Shown here: positions 62,001 through 64,000 of the stretch, one piece after another
How the letters are laid out: every line of letters begins with the position of its first letter
How positions within the stretch are numbered: position 1 is the stretch's first letter
NCBI GenBank assembly: GCA_965235115.1
Contig: OZ249440.1
Span: forward strand, 35,404,001-35,468,000
Source of the DNA: Laetmonice hystrix
Lineage: Eukaryota
Direction of reading: 5' to 3'
DNA: 64,000 bases
Program-made: the position numbers and the translations under genes
The notes under the pieces: generated by a model
What the model saw: the letters and a program-made list of their open reading frames with translations, nothing else
What the model was told of the DNA's origin: nothing
The model's database searches: none

Positions 62001-64000
62001 AGAAGGATTTCGTATGAAGGTCATTATGAATACAAGCAAGTTGATTTGAAAAAAGTTCATGATGCTCTCAGGTATTTAAAAGAAGAAATTGCAAATGTAC
62101 ATTATGCTGACATTGAAATTGATCAATCAAGACATGTACAATGTGACAGTGAAACGGCTGACACTACCAATACTGATCAGCAACAAACGTGCAGAACATC
62201 CCAAACCGACAACAATAATAAGGTGTCCAATGATAGTGAGGATGATGAACAGAATGATTGCGAGGATGTGAGAACAGGACCTCTGTTAGACACATTCCTT
62301 ATGCCTGTTGACATGGTCCAGGAGGCCTTACCATTGTGTCCAGATAGTATTTTGTCTATTGCACCATGTGAAAAAAATAGACCAACAAATTTATATGCAA
62401 ACAAATCAGGTGAAGCCCTTGCATTTCCAAATCATTTCTTGATGGTCGAAATACTTTAACAGAAGAAAGATCTGTTGAATTATCCCCATCAAAGTATTTC
62501 CAGGCGAGACTGATGAACGTAGATAACCATTTCGCCAAGGACCCACAGTACATATTCTTTGCCTTGTACATCACAGAATTGAAATTCATGGCCAGCAACA
62601 TAGCCATTGCGCTGAGAAAGGGAAGAAAGCAAACAAAAGATGGAAGGAAGATAACAGCAGGCACATTATCTCAGAGACAAGGCATCGATCATGTCACAAG
62701 AGAAGATACAGGTTTCCGACATTTTCCCACACTTAAAAGGTTCACCGGATTACTGGAAAATGACCCAACACGATTTGTTTGCCATGATCAGACAACTTGG
62801 TATTCCAACATTCTTTTGTACATTTAGCTGCAACAATGATTGGCCTGAAATTGTAACTGCTATTAAAGCTCAGCAGGGAGAAACAGTTGATGTTGATTCT
62901 TTGTCATGGGAAGAAAAGTTCTAGCATCCAATCCCGTTACTTGTGCACGTATGTTTGATCATAGAGTAAAACTGTTCCTCAATGAAGTGATAATGTCTCC
63001 AGCAAAACCAATAGGTGAAGTGATTGATCACTTTTACAGAGTTGAATGGCAGGCAAAAGGAAGTCCTCATATACACTGTTTATTCTGGGTGAAAAACGCA
63101 CCAGTTCTAGACCAAGATTCAGACCAAGCTGTATGTGACTTTATTGATCAGTATATCTCCTGTCAAGTTCCACCTGAAGGTGACAAATTACATGAGAAAG
63201 TGACCCGATTTCAAAAACATAGTAAGCATCATACAAAATCACGCAAAAAGGGGAATCGCAAATTTAGATACAATTTCCCAAAACCAGTTGCTAAAAGCAC
63301 ATTTGTATCAAGACCTGCAACCATGCCTGACGGACAGTCACCAAGCAAGGTAGACATGCATTATGCATCTGAACAATTGTCAAAACTCAGAGACCTGTTG
63401 CATGATGGTGTTGAAAATGAAAATATGTCTATCGATGAGCTCTTTTAAAAAGCAGGACTGACATGGCAAACATATAAAAATTATTTCAAATTGCAACAAA
63501 GAAAATCGCCATTGTAAAGAAACGAGAATATAAAGACTGTTGGACAAACCCTCACAACCCAGCTCTCCGTGACATCTGGAATGCTAACATGGACATTCAG
63601 TACATCACCGACCCATATAGTTGTGTTATGTACATTCTGTCATACATCAGTAAGGCTGAACATGAACTCTCAGAAATTCTACGCAATGCTCAGAGACAGC
63701 TCAAAGAAGGGAACATTGACTTGAAAACTGAAATGAGGAAATTGGGAAATGTCTATCTGAACTACCAAGAAGTAAGTTGTCAGGAAGCAGCACATCGCAT
63801 GTGTAATCTACACCTGAAAGAATGCTATCGTGCAGTTGTTAACCTACCAGTGGATGAAAATGCATCAAGAATGAGTCTACCGTTATCACAAATCGAGGCT
63901 AAAGCAAAATGTAATGTTGAGGATGATGAAATCTGGATGAAAAACATTGTAGATTGATACATAGCACGACCTGATACGGTAGAGTTTGATAAGATGCGTC
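59085..64000 (+). mobile_element. Helitron/Helentron Rep-helicase gene, N-terminal and Rep regions, many frameshifts, runs off the window
   Basis: CCICRRL, ICHTC, LPKGGQ..LKG, E.LAFP, GSPDYW, QLGIPTFFCTFS, RVEWQAKGSPHIHCLFW (HUH), NMDIQY, YILSYISKAE. Confidence 0.9.

Overview
Eukaryotic, repeat-saturated DNA. The TE repertoire suggests a marine invertebrate such as a mollusc or other lophotrochozoan (inference). I found no convincing intact host gene, RNA gene or CRISPR array. About 18 kb is one young I-group (I/Nimb-like) LINE family: ORF1 with 3 CCHC knuckles, ORF2 APE-RT-RNase H-CCHC, (ACTC)n tail. It occurs as two near-full-length copies in tail-to-tail orientation (10587-16189 +, 19380-25024 -) plus about 13 truncated, deleted or stacked pieces, mostly on the minus strand. 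The rest is a patchwork of fragments of CR1/L2-group and L1/Tx1 LINEs, Gypsy, DIRS/Ngaro, MULE, pogo-like, Helitron and MITEs. Most notable: (1) a CR1/L2-group LINE whose ORF1 is fused to an intact-looking NADAR (YbiA-like ADP-ribosyl/N-glycohydrolase) domain, followed by a stand-alone SGNH ORF and then ORF2; (2) a predicted pseudoknot at the exact 5' end of the I element, echoed by a covarying pseudoknot in its 3' UTR; (3) unusual integration products of the I element (head-to-tail stacks from different source copies, one circularly permuted copy, mostly no TSDs). All family assignments come from motif recognition by eye, not from database searches.
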